In this document: positions 13,130 to 26,174 of the stretch, piece by piece
How positions within the stretch are numbered: position 1 is the first letter of the stretch
Layout of the letters: each line of letters opens with the position of its first letter
DNA from: Lama glama
Lineage: Eukaryota
Length of the DNA: 64,000 nt
Assembly (NCBI GenBank): GCA_028534125.1
Contig: CM052817.1
Coordinates: 62,188,001 to 62,252,000 of the forward strand
Direction: 5' to 3'
Program-made: the position numbers and the translations under genes
Notes under the pieces: model-generated
Seen by the model: only the letters and a program-made list of their open reading frames with translations
Told to the model about the DNA's origin: nothing
Databases searched by the model: none

Positions 13130-13770
13130 AAAATATGATGTGACACAACAGTCCACTTCTAGGTATTTACCCAAGATTAATGAAAATTTATGTTCACACA
13201 AAAACCTGTCCACCAATGCTCAGTGTTTTTACTCATAATTATTGAAAACTGTAGGCAATTTTCAACTGGTGAATGGATAAACAAACCATGGTACATCCAT
13301 ACAATGGAATACTACTTAAGAATGAAAGGAATAAATTATTGACACGTACAAAAACATGGCTGAATCTCAAATAATGATGCTAAATGAAAGAACCAGAGAA
13401 AGAAGCTATTATGTGATTATATTTACATGATATTCTGGAAAAGGCAAAACTATAGGGACAGGAAACATCTAAGTGATGCCAGAAGCTGGGAGTAAAACAA
13501 AGGAATTGACAGAAAATGGACGTGAAATCATATTTTGGGCGTGAGGGAAATGTTCAATGACCAGCAGCCTGAAAGTGGCAGATCCAGGAATTAAATTTAG
13601 TCCCGCCTAATTGCAAATTCACTGACAGTGATACATGTTCTATATCTTGATTGTGTTGGCAACACAACTGTGGTGGTTACATAAATGAATGTGTTTGTCA
13701 AACCTTAGAGAACTATAAACTGTAAAAAGGGGGAATTTAACTTTATGTAAATTATAGCACAATTTTTAAA
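13130..13770 (+). mobile_element. LINE-1 (L1M-class) ORF2 end plus 3' UTR, degenerate
   Basis: ccacttctaggtatttacccaaga...aactggtgaatggataaacaaaccatggtacatccatacaatggaatatac...ggaaaaggcaaaactataggg...tgtaaattata. Confidence 0.9.
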
Positions 13771-14244
13771 AATTAGTTCATTTTCTGGTCTGTAAATGGT
13801 GGAACACTAAATATGTTGACTGCGTATGACTAGGGCACCACCACTATACCTTGGCGATCCATGCACGAGGTGGTCCTCACTGCATTTCTCTCTCATTCCC
13901 TATGCACAGTTCAGTAGACTGGAAGCTTACCATTATCAGTGCTCACGTCTTTCTCTGATCTCCATCAATAATTAACTCTATATAAAAATTATTTCTTAAA
14001 TATATTTATAATTTTTGAACCATGAAATCAAGATAAAAGAGTTCTTCTCTAGCATGTTTAAATTGTTGGATTTTATCTAGAAACATCTGCTTAGACCTGA
14101 ATCAAGTTTGTCCAGTAATAGCTGAATAGTTGGAGATTAGACAGATATTCTTATAAAAGTCAATATCCAACTACTTTGCTAGATTCATAGAAAGCTGAGA
14201 AGATGAGTATCTGACTTAAGCTCTAGTGAGATACAAAGGCCAAA

Positions 14245-14447
14245 AATAATGATAGGTACTATTAATTGAGCACTTGCTCTGAGTCATACATTTTGCAAAG
14301 CTATTCATATGTTCTAAGCTTGAAAACTCACCTGTGAGGCAGGTGCCCTAATTTACAAAGTTATATTAGAAAATTTAGCAACTTGCCCAGCTAATTTAAA
14401 GCGGAAGATCTGAGATTAGAATTCAGGCCTGCCTAACTGTAGGTTCA
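14245..14447 (-). mobile_element. MIR SINE
   Basis: attgagcacttgctctg...cctgtgaggcaggtg...gcaacttgcccag...gattagaattcaggcctgcctaact. Confidence 0.7.
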
Positions 14448-14935
14448 CTGGGACACAGTGAGGGAAAATTTTAAAAAGGGTTATCATAAGGCAGCCTATG
14501 AAGAATATTATCATAGAGGAAGAGGAATCTGCAGGCTTTTTGTCTCTTTTTCCAGGAAGAAGAGGCTTGGGAGCTGGCCCCATAGGATGGATACAACCTC
14601 GATAAATGAAGGTGAGAAGGAGGACTTTGCCAACAGAGGAATCAACCACTTCCATGCTCACACTTTTCTAGCTAATGTCCCCAATGGTCAGGATCTTCTC
14701 TAACACAGAACAGAGACATAAGCCTGATTTCTGGACACCGTAGTATAACTCCTGCGGGAAGAACTCTAAATGAGGCTTTTAGCCGTTCATGCAGCGCTTG
14801 AAAATCTCATCACCAGGGGCAAACCATACAACCTAGCTGGGCCTTATTATACTTCCGTCATCTGTAGAAGTTCAATATTATCTGGCCTGTCTACATCTTG
14901 GGACTGTAGCAAGGGTCAAATTAATTGCATTTGTG

Positions 14936-14975
14936 TATATGTGTGTGTGTGTATATATACACACACACACATATA
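14936..14975. repeat. Compound microsatellite forming a perfect 40-bp palindrome
   Basis: tatat(gt)6atatat(ac)6atata equals its own reverse complement. Confidence 0.95.
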
Positions 14976-16965
14976 ATATGTATATGGAATAAATTCTTAT
15001 GATGGCACACAATGGAGCAATTAAAAGATAGACTATAAAAAATTCTCCATATCCTGCTTCTCTGGCCTGGTTTTACCAGATGTACAGTGCAAAGAGCAGC
15101 TCTAACTCAATGTGAAGCTCACATAAAATGGTGGCAATGAGGCAGACTTGTTACAAGTGTTCTTAATGTTCAGCAGAGTGAGAAAGCGTGAGGCAGTGGA
15201 ATTTTCTACCTATTTTCCTTTGATAAGTTAACTTACAACTACCAATAGTGCCTGTAGACTTTTAACACAGAGGTATGGTAATGTAATAACACCTGAGAAA
15301 TACATTTTTACACAGAAGAGCTGTCGGCAACAGACACACTCTCTTGAGATGAACATCTTATCATTGTATGATATTATTTTAAAAGGAAAAAAAGACAGTT
15401 TAAATATTGACACTTTGTTCTAGACCTGGCAAGACCCAGAGGAAACAACCATTTCTGGTAACAAAAGGAAAGACCCCTGCTACTTGGCCCACCTCTAAAT
15501 AGTGAACCAACTAAGTCCCATTTCAATGAAATTTTTATCTCTGGAATTCTATTTGTTTATACTCTAGGTACCCAAAGGCAAAGAGAGGACCACTGCCCTG
15601 TCATCAACACCAGAACTCCAGATCTTTAATGAAACAACCCCTTAAAATGTTTACATAGCTATCTATCCTAATTGTCATGTCTAGAATTCAATAAAGTAAT
15701 GCTTTTCCTCTTCAACAAATATTTATTGAGTTTTTATTAATTTCCAGGAAGTGGATTAGAGCTGGGGCTAACAGAGACCAAGGCAACCATGTTTTCCCTT
15801 ATAAACTTGGAAGCCCCAAAAGACTAATGTCGTATAGAGAACATATGTAAAATTTTGTTTGGCACATAACACTCAGTAAATTTGTAGTGACAAAACTTAA
15901 TGATACTAACTAATATTGATTCCATACAATATAAGGATTTTATTTGTTTCAAAAATATGAGAAATTTATAGTCCAAGTAGTTCACTGAGTATCACTGACA
16001 GGATGTTTGTAGTGTTCAGAATTCTCCTTAAGTCTCAATCTGGAAGTCTTATTACTTTGAGCCTGTCAACGGCAACTACATCAAATGAATTCTAAATAAA
16101 CGGATCTACAGAAAGCTTATTCAAAAGGCAGGTGCTGCTGATTTAAATGAGGCTTAAAATCCACCATAGCATCTTGAAACTTTCCCTACTCACAGTTAAT
16201 AAAGCGATATTAATATCCAGAAAAGAAACACTGACAAAAACACACAAAAGAAAGTTGTCTGTCTTTCTGAAAAGAAATGGAAAAAAAAAAAAAACTACCA
16301 GGCTTATTCTATCATCTCCAAATGCCTCAAAATGTAAAATCCAGACATATTAATCATCAGGCAATATAGATATAGTAATGTCACTAGTGTACACTCTATT
16401 GGTAGAGTAATTGAAATTCTTTATATCATAAATAGACAGATGGGACTTAATATTTGCTAAATTTCAATAACACTTAGTCTTTTGTTATTAAGAAAATATA
16501 TTATCTTACTACTTTTGGTTTGTCTAAAATAAGATGGATGACAATTAATAAAACACTTATAAAAAGGGCACCATATTGTATCTCATCTTATCCAATCCAG
16601 AAACTGCATTTTTCAAGAAATAATTATTTCAACAGCATCTCTTTAGTGCTATTATCAGTATTCAATATACTAAGGTAAATGTTAAATTATTAATATGACA
16701 ATTTCAGAAGCTGTATTTATTTTCCATTTTATATGCTTCAAACACATTAAAAAATCTGCTAGAATTTGTTTCCAAAATCAATTGACAATGATAGCTCTTG
16801 AAGCATTATTCTAAGTTGTAAGTCAGAAGGAAAATATGTTGTGAGTGAAAGGAGAAAAAGACCACCAAATTTGAGGATAATCTTTTTAGGAAAATATTTG
16901 TGATTGCTTAGATATAGCACATCGGTTAAAACAAAGTGGTAACATTTATGGTGCATGATTTTAAA

Positions 16966-17101
16966 TTTTTGTTTGTTTGGGGAGGGAGGAGGTAATTAGG
17001 TTTATTTATTTATTTATTTTTTAAATGGCAGCATTGGGGACTGAACCCAGGACCTCATGCTTGTTAAGGACACACTCCACCACTGAGCTATACCTTCCCC
17101 C
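16966..17101 (-). mobile_element. Camelid tRNA-derived SINE (Vic-1-like)
   Basis: Minus strand reads gggggaaggtatagctcagtggtggagtgtgtccttaacaagcatgaggtcctgggttcagtcccc (Pol III A/B boxes), then (taaa)n cctaattacctcc tail. Degenerate TSD tggtgcatgattttaaa (16949-16965) / tgatgcattattttaca (17102-17118). Confidence 0.9.
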
Positions 17102-18704
17102 TGATGCATTATTTTACAACTGTCAGTTCTAAAACTTTGCTTCAATGTTGGATATACTTCGTTTCCATATTTTAATTTTTCCATGCTAAAGTATTTTTCT
17201 CTCTCTAAACCTCTAGTGAGAGGTATTGGTTAACACAAAATGAATGTGTGTAATAATTTCTTTGAAACCCTGCAGTCAACTCTTTTTTATATAACTAATA
17301 GAAAAAAAAAATCCCACATACTTCATTTTCCCTAAAGAGCAGCATGAGATTTCCAATCCTTTGCTTGAACACATAAAATATTAAGAGCCAATTTTCAGCT
17401 GCACCTCTGTCACTTCCATTATCATTCTACACATCCAGAGGTGATAATGGACTCTGTAAATTGCAGTCTTTTTCCATCCCAGACCACTGAGGGTTTCACC
17501 AGGGGACAGTTCCACACAAAGGGTGGCCTAGATGTATGTTAATGGTGCTGAGCAGCAAGCAGCAGACACCCTCAAACAAGATAATGTGATGTGTTACCCA
17601 GAGGAAAGACAAAATGAACAGAAAACAATTTCCTTAGGAATTCAGTGAAATCAACAACAACCTACTCTTGCCGATGAATCAGATGTGTAGCACTACCCTC
17701 ACAAGACCTTGGAAACAGAAGATTAAAATACATTCCTAACACCCTGCCTGCAAAGGAGCAGTCTGTCTAAACCAACACAGAATGAGGGCTCATAAACATG
17801 GACATTTAAAGAATTATAGGAAAAGCTATTATTTCCCACTGACTTTTTTTAAGACACAACAAACATATCTGCCAGCATTTGCAGAATTATATTCAAGTAT
17901 GAAGTGAAAAAAAGGCTAAGGTAAAGGAAAATGATTATCTTATCCATTGCTGAAATGATACCCACCACTCTCCGTGGTTGGCAATTGGTCTACTTGATGT
18001 AAGCTGCCTTGTAGGAAACTGAATGCAATCGGCATTAGGTTTTTAAATGATTATGCTTCCCACTATTCCCTGCAAAATAAAAATCATATTTTAGGGAAAG
18101 TATACAGAAGGAGGTGATTTAGATCGAGTTTTTCTCCCCTTTCCATAGGCACTACTCTAACTGTATGTCTCTCTAGTACTGGGTGAGTATTCGTTGATTG
18201 AACCCTCCAGACTGAGTACTGATGCTTTGGGCAAGGGGGTGGGGAGGGAGTTGGAAGACAAGGGTTTTGCCAAGAGGAAGGAACATCTAGAGAAAGAAAA
18301 GAGACATAACAAAATCAGATTGCATCATCTGGAAAATCAAATGTGGCCCTTTTACATATTAGACAGTAATATACATGACCATAATCACTGCTGATACTCT
18401 ATTAAAGCTACACATTGGACAAATCAAGGTAAGGCCAATTTTAATCCAATAAATATATTTTGGGACCAAGTGTATATTCTTCAAAGTAACTTCAGGAAAG
18501 CCAGACCTTACAAACAAAACCATACACACACATACACACAGGAAAGAAATAAATGAAGAAAGAAGAAAAGAAAAAGAGGAAGAAAACAAAAGAGAAGAAA
18601 AGACAGAAGAGGAATCCAGTGTAACTATTTCTCTACTTACTAATTTAGGTCAAAATATTATCAGTGAGCTCTACCTCTTCTCTCGTTCCCTCACCTTCCC
18701 TTCA

Positions 18705-18860
18705 GCGAGCAGTGAGCCCTCGAATGTGTAAAGGCACTGTGCCAGGCACTAGGGGTAAAGTGACAAATGTTCTCCAGTGATGTCAGTCTTGAAGAGAAGA
18801 CAGACAAGTAAGGAGATCATTACAACAGTGTGGTATGTGCTATGGGAGAGGCAGCAGAAG
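18705..18860 (-). mobile_element. LINE-2 fragment
   Basis: aggcactgtgccaggcactagggg...gagaagacagacaagtaa...attacaacagtgtggtatgtgctatggg. Confidence 0.7.
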
Positions 18861-19019
18861 GCTTCTTCTGATGACATGTTACCATCTTACCAGAGTTTTC
18901 AAAATTTACTTTTAGGATTTTACATCCTTTTCCTCGATATCTCTTTTCTCAAGAAAAATGAGGAATAAAATCAATGCATAAACAATTTAAAATTTATACA
19001 TAGTTACAGTTAGAATCAT

Positions 19020-19252
19020 TGAAATCTAGAAGAGGCAAATTCAGAGAGACAGGGAGCACGTTAGTGGTTGCCCGGGGAAGGGAGGAGAGAGGCTTGAAGA
19101 GTGATTATTTTAAGGGTACAAGGTCTTCTGCGGTGATGAAAAAGTTCTGAAACTAGAGCCACACTGTGAATGCAGTAAACACCACTGAATTGTACAGTTC
19201 AAAATGGTTAATTGTATGCTATGTGAGCCTCACTTCTATTAAAAAAAAAAAA
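19020..19252 (+). mobile_element. LINE-1 (L1MB-like) 3' end with poly(A)
   Basis: ggcaaattcagagagacag...ttagtggttgcc...ggtgatgaaaaagttctgaaactaga...ccactgaattgtaca...A12. Confidence 0.9.
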
Positions 19253-22200
19253 CAGCTTAAATACTTCATTTGAAATTTTGTGGCACTGTTTGAAATAGTC
19301 ACTGTGAAGTATCACAAAAATTTGCAGGATCAATCAGTCTTCTGTTTTTCCTCTTTTTTCCTCTCTACGTGCAGAAAACAGTGCTATTCTCTTTGTAAAA
19401 AATCAGAAACTTTTGATATAATTGGGCAACTAAAGCAAAGTTAATGTCTGAGATAATTTTTAAAGTTCAGAAGGCTGTAATGGTACAAGTAGCATAACAG
19501 GAGAGGTACTACGATTACATGTGTCAGTCTTCTCAAGAACTTTCTTTTCTATGAATTTTTAATGATGCAAGTAATTTTTCAAGGTCATTGAGAGAGCAAG
19601 CAGTTATTCAGACGTTAAATTTGTTCACAGTTTCTTGGCAGCTTTGCAAGAAAACAAGTAAGTGGGATTTGTGGAGGAGGGGAAATAGTGTACTGAGGAA
19701 GAGGTGAATTAGAAGTAATATGTAATTACTTGCAGATATAGTTGATTCACTTTTTAACCTGGCAGAAAATATCTAGATGTTCTTACACATAGAATGAGAC
19801 CTAGAATTAAACATTTTCTGGTTGTAATTGTAGTTAATAACATATACATATTTTTTTACATATATAAATATATTTTCCATGTCTGTAAAATTCATTTTCT
19901 AGTGGTTTGACTATATCCGTATCCAAATACCTGCTAAGCGTTTCTAATTTTACAATTAAGTTTATGGAAAGGACATTAAGAAATATATATCTGTCAATAT
20001 ACACAGGCCAGAATGAGCTATTTCCCCAAAGCTTGAAAATCACAAGAAATTATATTGTCCTCTTAATGTTAAACTATAAAGTGGAAACATAATGGAATGA
20101 GAAAGGGCTATGCAAGATGTATATATATGGATTAAAAATAGTGTCCCAAGCCCTGGAGAAGGCAGACGGTCATTAGTCATCCATGGGATCATACTAAAAG
20201 GGGAATCACAGAGGTCAGTATTCAAAGTTTCTTTCAAACTTTGTTCAGGAGAGTATGAGCTCTAGGCAATAAACTTCAAGAATTTTTTCCCATTGGCAAA
20301 GTTGTGTCTAAGCTGGAGATAGATGCAAGGGCTTGCACTGCTTCCTTTCCATTAGCAGAACCTTCTCTACTGCATTTGGTAGCCATTAGCAATGGCCCAG
20401 AGCCATATGATTTATTTAATTCTCCTTGCCCTGATTCTAAGCAAGCTTTACTACTTATTTTTCCATGTACATTTGCCTTTAGAGAGAAAATACTTTTGTC
20501 ATACAAACCTTGATTTTCTTGTCCCTAGTTCTACTGCGTATGAGCAACTTGGCATTGATTTGACTTTCCGTGTACTTAGACAATGGGGAGAGAATGCACC
20601 ACCATGGTCCATGTGAGTACTCCACTCCATATAATGTTATGTTTTCCATGTCAAGTTGGAATTTTGGTTTGATACCTCAGTATCTCCGTGAGAGAGGACT
20701 GAATCTACTGGTGACTGAATCCACTGGTGTCTGAAACCACAAGTGTGAGAGTCAGGCCCTAGATGCTTGTTTATTTGTTAAAAGAATGACTGCTGCCCCA
20801 TGAGGCTTGTGGGTGACAGTTTGAGGCTTTGTCCCAGGTTAACAACATACAGCCTCCCTTTATACAGAGGTACTCCTTCCCCCAATTTTAATTACTGTGT
20901 GTATGATTGTAATGATTATAAGAAGGCAAAGGAACATTAATTCAGAGTATAGTATTTACAAATGGAGCAGACCATTAACTATCTAAGAGAGGTTAAAATC
21001 ACAAAATTAAAGAGAGAAAATCTGCTCCAGTAAAATAAAATTACAGGCTAAGTTAATTTCACATTTAAATTCTCTAGGTATGAGGACAGTGCACAAGTAG
21101 GATAACAGGAAGAGTACGGCTGCAGGAGAGTCAGTCATAAGCGTAAAGAGCTCATTGAGTTGAAGGAACTCAACCATGGCAACGGTAGAAATAGACTAAT
21201 TTGCTTTGGGAAACTCAACCATCCTGTCTATACATTTTCACTGACTATGTCATTAGAATTTTCTTAATTTATGGGTACAAGAGATTAATTTGGTTCCTGT
21301 GTTCAATAAAAATCCTGAAAATGAAGTGAATGGCTTTTTAGACTTGATCTTCATATAACAGGTATTTTCTAACTAAAAAGAATTATTACAAATATTCAAA
21401 GACTTATCCAAGACGTGGACATTGGAAATTTCAGTTAAATTAAAGAAGGTAAAGTTACATACCTAGATATAAAAAGGAAGGTTTTCTTTTAAAAATATAA
21501 TTACATATCCTGTCATATTTAATGGACATTCATTGATAAGATGTTTAAAAACAAATATTAAAATTATATTTCCTATATAAACATGAGAGATTTATTTGTT
21601 TAGAAAATTAAAAGCAAATGAGAGTATTTTCTAAGTCCACAGTACTTAAAACCAAAGAAATTTAATAGGCGTAACATAAGCAATAATATACTATGTTCAT
21701 CTCTAATTTCAATGTTCTCAGAAAATACTGCGCATTCTATATACTTAATAGATGCTCCTGAATGAATTACAAATCAGTTGACATAATTCAAAGTGCCTTC
21801 ACTACATATTTATGTGCACATTAAAAAAAATAAGCTCTGTCACACCATTCAATACTGTTTTTTGGGTTCATTCAACTTGAATCCAGAAGCATTAGGAATG
21901 TGCTCATCTTTTGTTATTTTCTTTTCTCAGCCCCATTATGTACACTGATATTTAAACATATTTAAACAAATATGTTTTAAAAAGTATAGACAGAAATCAT
22001 TTTCCTGATTTGTGAAACTTAAAAAAAATTGTTTCTTGAAATAAATAAACAATGAAAAGAGTGACTTCCCTTGTCCTCTTTATCCACCTGCCAAATTGTG
22101 CTGTCAAAGAATTGTAGTGACCATATCAAATACTCGTACCATCTTTGTCACTTTTCATTTGGGAAGAGAACTCTAAGGAACCAACAAAACAAGAGCACAC

Positions 22201-22399
22201 AGCTACAGACGTCTGGTCTGCACTCACATTTCCATTTGCACATTTAACGTGGTTAATATTTCAGCAGTTGTGGTACCAGAGTCAAACTGAAATCTTTACC
22301 TATTTAATTCTGAATCCTCAGTCATAGACTTTGGAGAGAAAGAGATTGAGATTGACAGTGAGTTAGAGAGAAAGGGAAACATTGATTCACTTTTTAAGA

Positions 22400-22565
22400 A
22401 TCGACATCAGCAAGAGAACATGAACCTGGTCATGGGCTTATGCCCTTGAAGGGATCGCGGCACAGGCCAGGCTGACACCTTGATTTCAGCCTGAGGAGAC
22501 TCTGGGCCAAGAACCCTGTTAGCCCATTCCCAGAGCTTTGACCTACAGAATTCAGAAATTGAAAC
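22400..22565 (+). mobile_element. MaLR LTR (MLT1) fragment
   Basis: gctgacaccttgatttcagcctgaggagactctgggccaagaaccc...tgacctacagaa. Confidence 0.7.
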
Positions 22566-23494
22566 AGCTTTCTTTGTGTGCTAAGCTGGAAAATGTCTCC
22601 TTAGAAGTGAGTTCAAAATTTCCAGTCTAAGATCAGTGTGTTTGTTTCATAAGGAATAGGAGAAAAAGTAAATAGTATATAGTATAGGATATAGCATCTG
22701 GCGTCTAAGAATATTTACTTATTGTGGAGATATTTCTGTCTTGTCGTCTACTGTTCCTTCATGTTTCTGTTTCTGCTTAAATGTGTGGGGTGGGTGTTTG
22801 CACATTTTACTCCCTCATTTATAATTTTTTTATTGCACTGTTTCAATGCAGCTTACAAGGAAATGAGGCTCCAAACTGCACATTATTAATCTAGGGCCAG
22901 GATTTTTCCAAGGGGTTAGGAGTTTCAAATTAACAAAAATGGAACCTAGGGTAGTAATGAGAGGGCCCACCCCATAAAATTATATATTTAAAAATTATGA
23001 TAATATTTAAATAGCATTTATGACATTAGATATTACATTTTAATCTCTGTTTTAGTCAGAAAATAGGGGTCACTGATATAAAAAAGACGGTTTTGAGAAT
23101 GTCTATATCATATCTTTCTCCCAACAGCATTTTTGCTGAATAATTTTTCAGTCTGGTGAAAGACAAACACAAGAATAGAACTTTCTGTCATTTTCCTTAC
23201 GTATCTGTTTTTCTTTTCACAAAAGCTAACATACAGTTTTAGTTTGACTTTTGCATTTGCTCTTTTTTCTTTCTAAAATTATAAAATTTGTCTCTCCTTT
23301 TTTATCAAAATTTCTCCTCAAAATAGAGAGCCCCCTACTAGAAGTAACTGAGAAAAGAAAGGACTTCAGTGAGATTTCTCCTAAAGCCTTTCAAAATTAC
23401 CCTTATTTTTTCAGAATAGGGTGAGTATAAAAATAGGTCTTCTCTGTCAGCCAGGTAATTAGTACTCACAAAAAATTGGGTTTAAATGAATAAA

Positions 23495-23705
23495 TGAATA
23501 ATAATGATTACATTTTATTGAGTTCTTATATTAGCTTTGCCCATGTTAACTCCTTTAACCCTCACAATGATTCAATGAGTGAGTACTATTATTACTATCA
23601 TTTAATAGAACGCTGAAGTTCACAGTGGCCCCCAAACTTAAATAGTATGGCAGGAATGTGTAACCATCAGCTTAAATTTTACCCCAAGCTTTTACTCACT
23701 AACAT
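23495..23705 (-). mobile_element. MIR SINE
   Basis: ttattgagttctta...aactcctttaaccctcacaa...tactattattactatcattt. Confidence 0.7.
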
Positions 23706-25332
23706 ATAAATCAATGAATTAATGAATTCTAAAATTACGATTACCTTTGGCTTTCTCTAAAAAGATTTCTGACTTCTTATCTCATACTTTCAGAAAAGTT
23801 ATGTGGCCACCCCAACACCTTTTCGTCTGTAGCCCAGCTAACTGCCTAGGAATCTTCCTGTGTTATTTACTCACTACTACTATTTTAAGAAAAAACACAG
23901 AGTTAAAAGGAACCTTGTGTTCCATTTGAAAATTATCTTCCGTTAAACGCAAAAGTACTACAGTGGTTCAGTGTTTTTTCTGTCCCTTCCATCTCTTGAA
24001 TTGCCTTTCAAATCCCTAGTCCCTATATTTGGTGTAGTGAAATACACCTGGAATTCAAGTTAATTCCTTTCAGATGGCAGGCATTGTAATAGTTACTTTA
24101 TGTTCCTTCCCCTAAGAACAGACTTCGGTGTGTTCCTAAAGATTAAAAAAAGTCAACATGTACAGCCATTCCAGTAATCAGTGTATTAAAAGTCCCTAAA
24201 GGGCCATCAAGGTATTAGACTATCCTGGCTCCAGAATGGCCATTGTCTGTTTTGGTTCAATAATGATTATGCACATGCAATTGACTGAGAATGTATCAGA
24301 CTCATAAGTCACACTGCAAATGGACAAAATATAATAAATGTACACAAACAGACTATAATTACAACCCAGTTCAATACAAGGGATTTGATAAACTTCTTTA
24401 TAAGTTATAAATATTCTAACAAACTTGAGAATGACTCTGCCTACAGTTTTGTCACGGACGACAGAATTGAAGGCAGAGCTGTTAATGTGGTCTCCAACTC
24501 CTTTGGAAATAAACAGGAAACTTGAAAGTGGCATTAACTCCCATCACGCTGCAGTGATGGTGGAACATGTGATCCCAGGATGGCCTGAAGACTCTTCATA
24601 TAGAATGGCAATCATTTGCTGTGATCCTGCTTATCGCAGTACAGTGTGGTGAACTTGTAATAACACTACTGACAATTTTGTGAGCAACTAGCAATCTCAG
24701 AAATATCTTTCTAAGTATTTTTCAATAATTTTCTACATATGTAACATATTAATTACTTACTCATGGATTAGGAATTTGTATGAACTCTAATTCATGTAAC
24801 AGTAAGCACCTTACCAATTATTTTAAACAGCAATTGAAGTTATTTTTCGTAATAGCCAATGAGTCAAAAAATATTAAGACTGGTACTAAATCCAGATTCC
24901 ATTTATTTCTTGTGAAAATGAATTTTTTTGGATCAAATATAAGAAAACTTCATTTTTGAAGTTTTCTGGTAACTAGAGAGCTCCCCATCAGGACTGTCTG
25001 TGGGTAACCACATCTTACAAGCCTACTTCTGAAACTGGGTGAATGGTTTCTCAAAACTCAGACTTTTGCTGGGTGAAGTAGAAAGCATGTTCTTTATGTT
25101 GCCTCATGATAAACTTGCTTTTTTGAAGAGTTCTATCCATTTATACTTATGAATACATAAATACTAGATGGAAAATAACTATAATTATGTAATATATTAT
25201 AACATATACATTTATAAATAACATGAATATAATTTGTAAGCATACAATGTATAAATATAGTTTGTATATTAATTTTAATAACATTATAATAATAACTCTT
25301 CTTTATAGAACAATAGAATAACCTAAACAGTT

Positions 25333-25550
25333 AGCAACCTGCTCATTCCTCTTTTGGCTAACCCAGTGCCAACTGTTTATGGATCTTAATTACAGCTACA
25401 AAATCCCTTTTGCCAAGTAATGTAATATAATCATGGAAGGGACATCCCATCATATTCATAGGTACACCCACACTCATTGGGAGAGGATTTTTCAACGGTG
25501 TATACACCAGAGAGGAGTAATCTTGTAGGCCATCTGAGAATTCTATCACA
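25333..25550 (-). mobile_element. MaLR LTR (MLT1E-like) 5' part
   Basis: Minus strand starts tgtgatagaattctcagatggcc...ctctcccaatgagtgtggg...ggcaaaagggattttgtagctgtaattaag. Confidence 0.8.
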
Positions 25551-26174
25551 TGTAGACAAAAGATGCTTATTATTTACAAAAACTATAAACAGAGCAGTAT
25601 TTTTCACATGGGCACATGGATGGTTTAAAATATTTCAAGTATTTTCTGACATTTTGGCAGATTACATTCTGAAAAGCCACAATTTTTATTACAGAAAATA
25701 TTTACAAGTATACACTTTTAAATTATTGACAGTGACAACTATTCTACTTAGTTAGTACTCTGATGATATAAACAGGTCCTCTGTTTACTCTTTCAAAGAC
25801 TTGAAGAGAAGACTTCTTAATGCAAAATATTTCCTCCTCCAAGAACAGTGCAAGGCATGAAATTTATAATAACTCACATCCTATTGGAGTGAACTTCCTG
25901 TAATATTAAGATGAGACACAGTCCTTTTCCAGCATGGAGCAAAAGGCAGGCATGAGTTTGAATAGATGTCAGAAGAGAGAAATCAGAGAAAGAAGCTATT
26001 TCTCTCTTTGTGATTAAAATATTGTATTATGAATACACTATAATCAAATGTAGGTATAAAAATATTCTCCTAAGTAAAATTATAAATTATTGTTGGCACC
26101 TTCAAAGTTCAACTAACATCCAGAAGAGAGAAAATCAAGTACTCACATTAATCTAAATAAAATTTCAGTTTTAC

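Noticed and set aside
17030..17101. tRNA-like sequence
   Set aside because: It is the head of a SINE with A-rich tail and TSD, and the stems are degenerate
24435..24570. Possible H/ACA snoRNA (two stems, ANANNA, ACAtgt)
   Set aside because: Geometry is wrong: the second stem ends only about 4 nt before ACA, with no lower stem or pseudouridylation pocket
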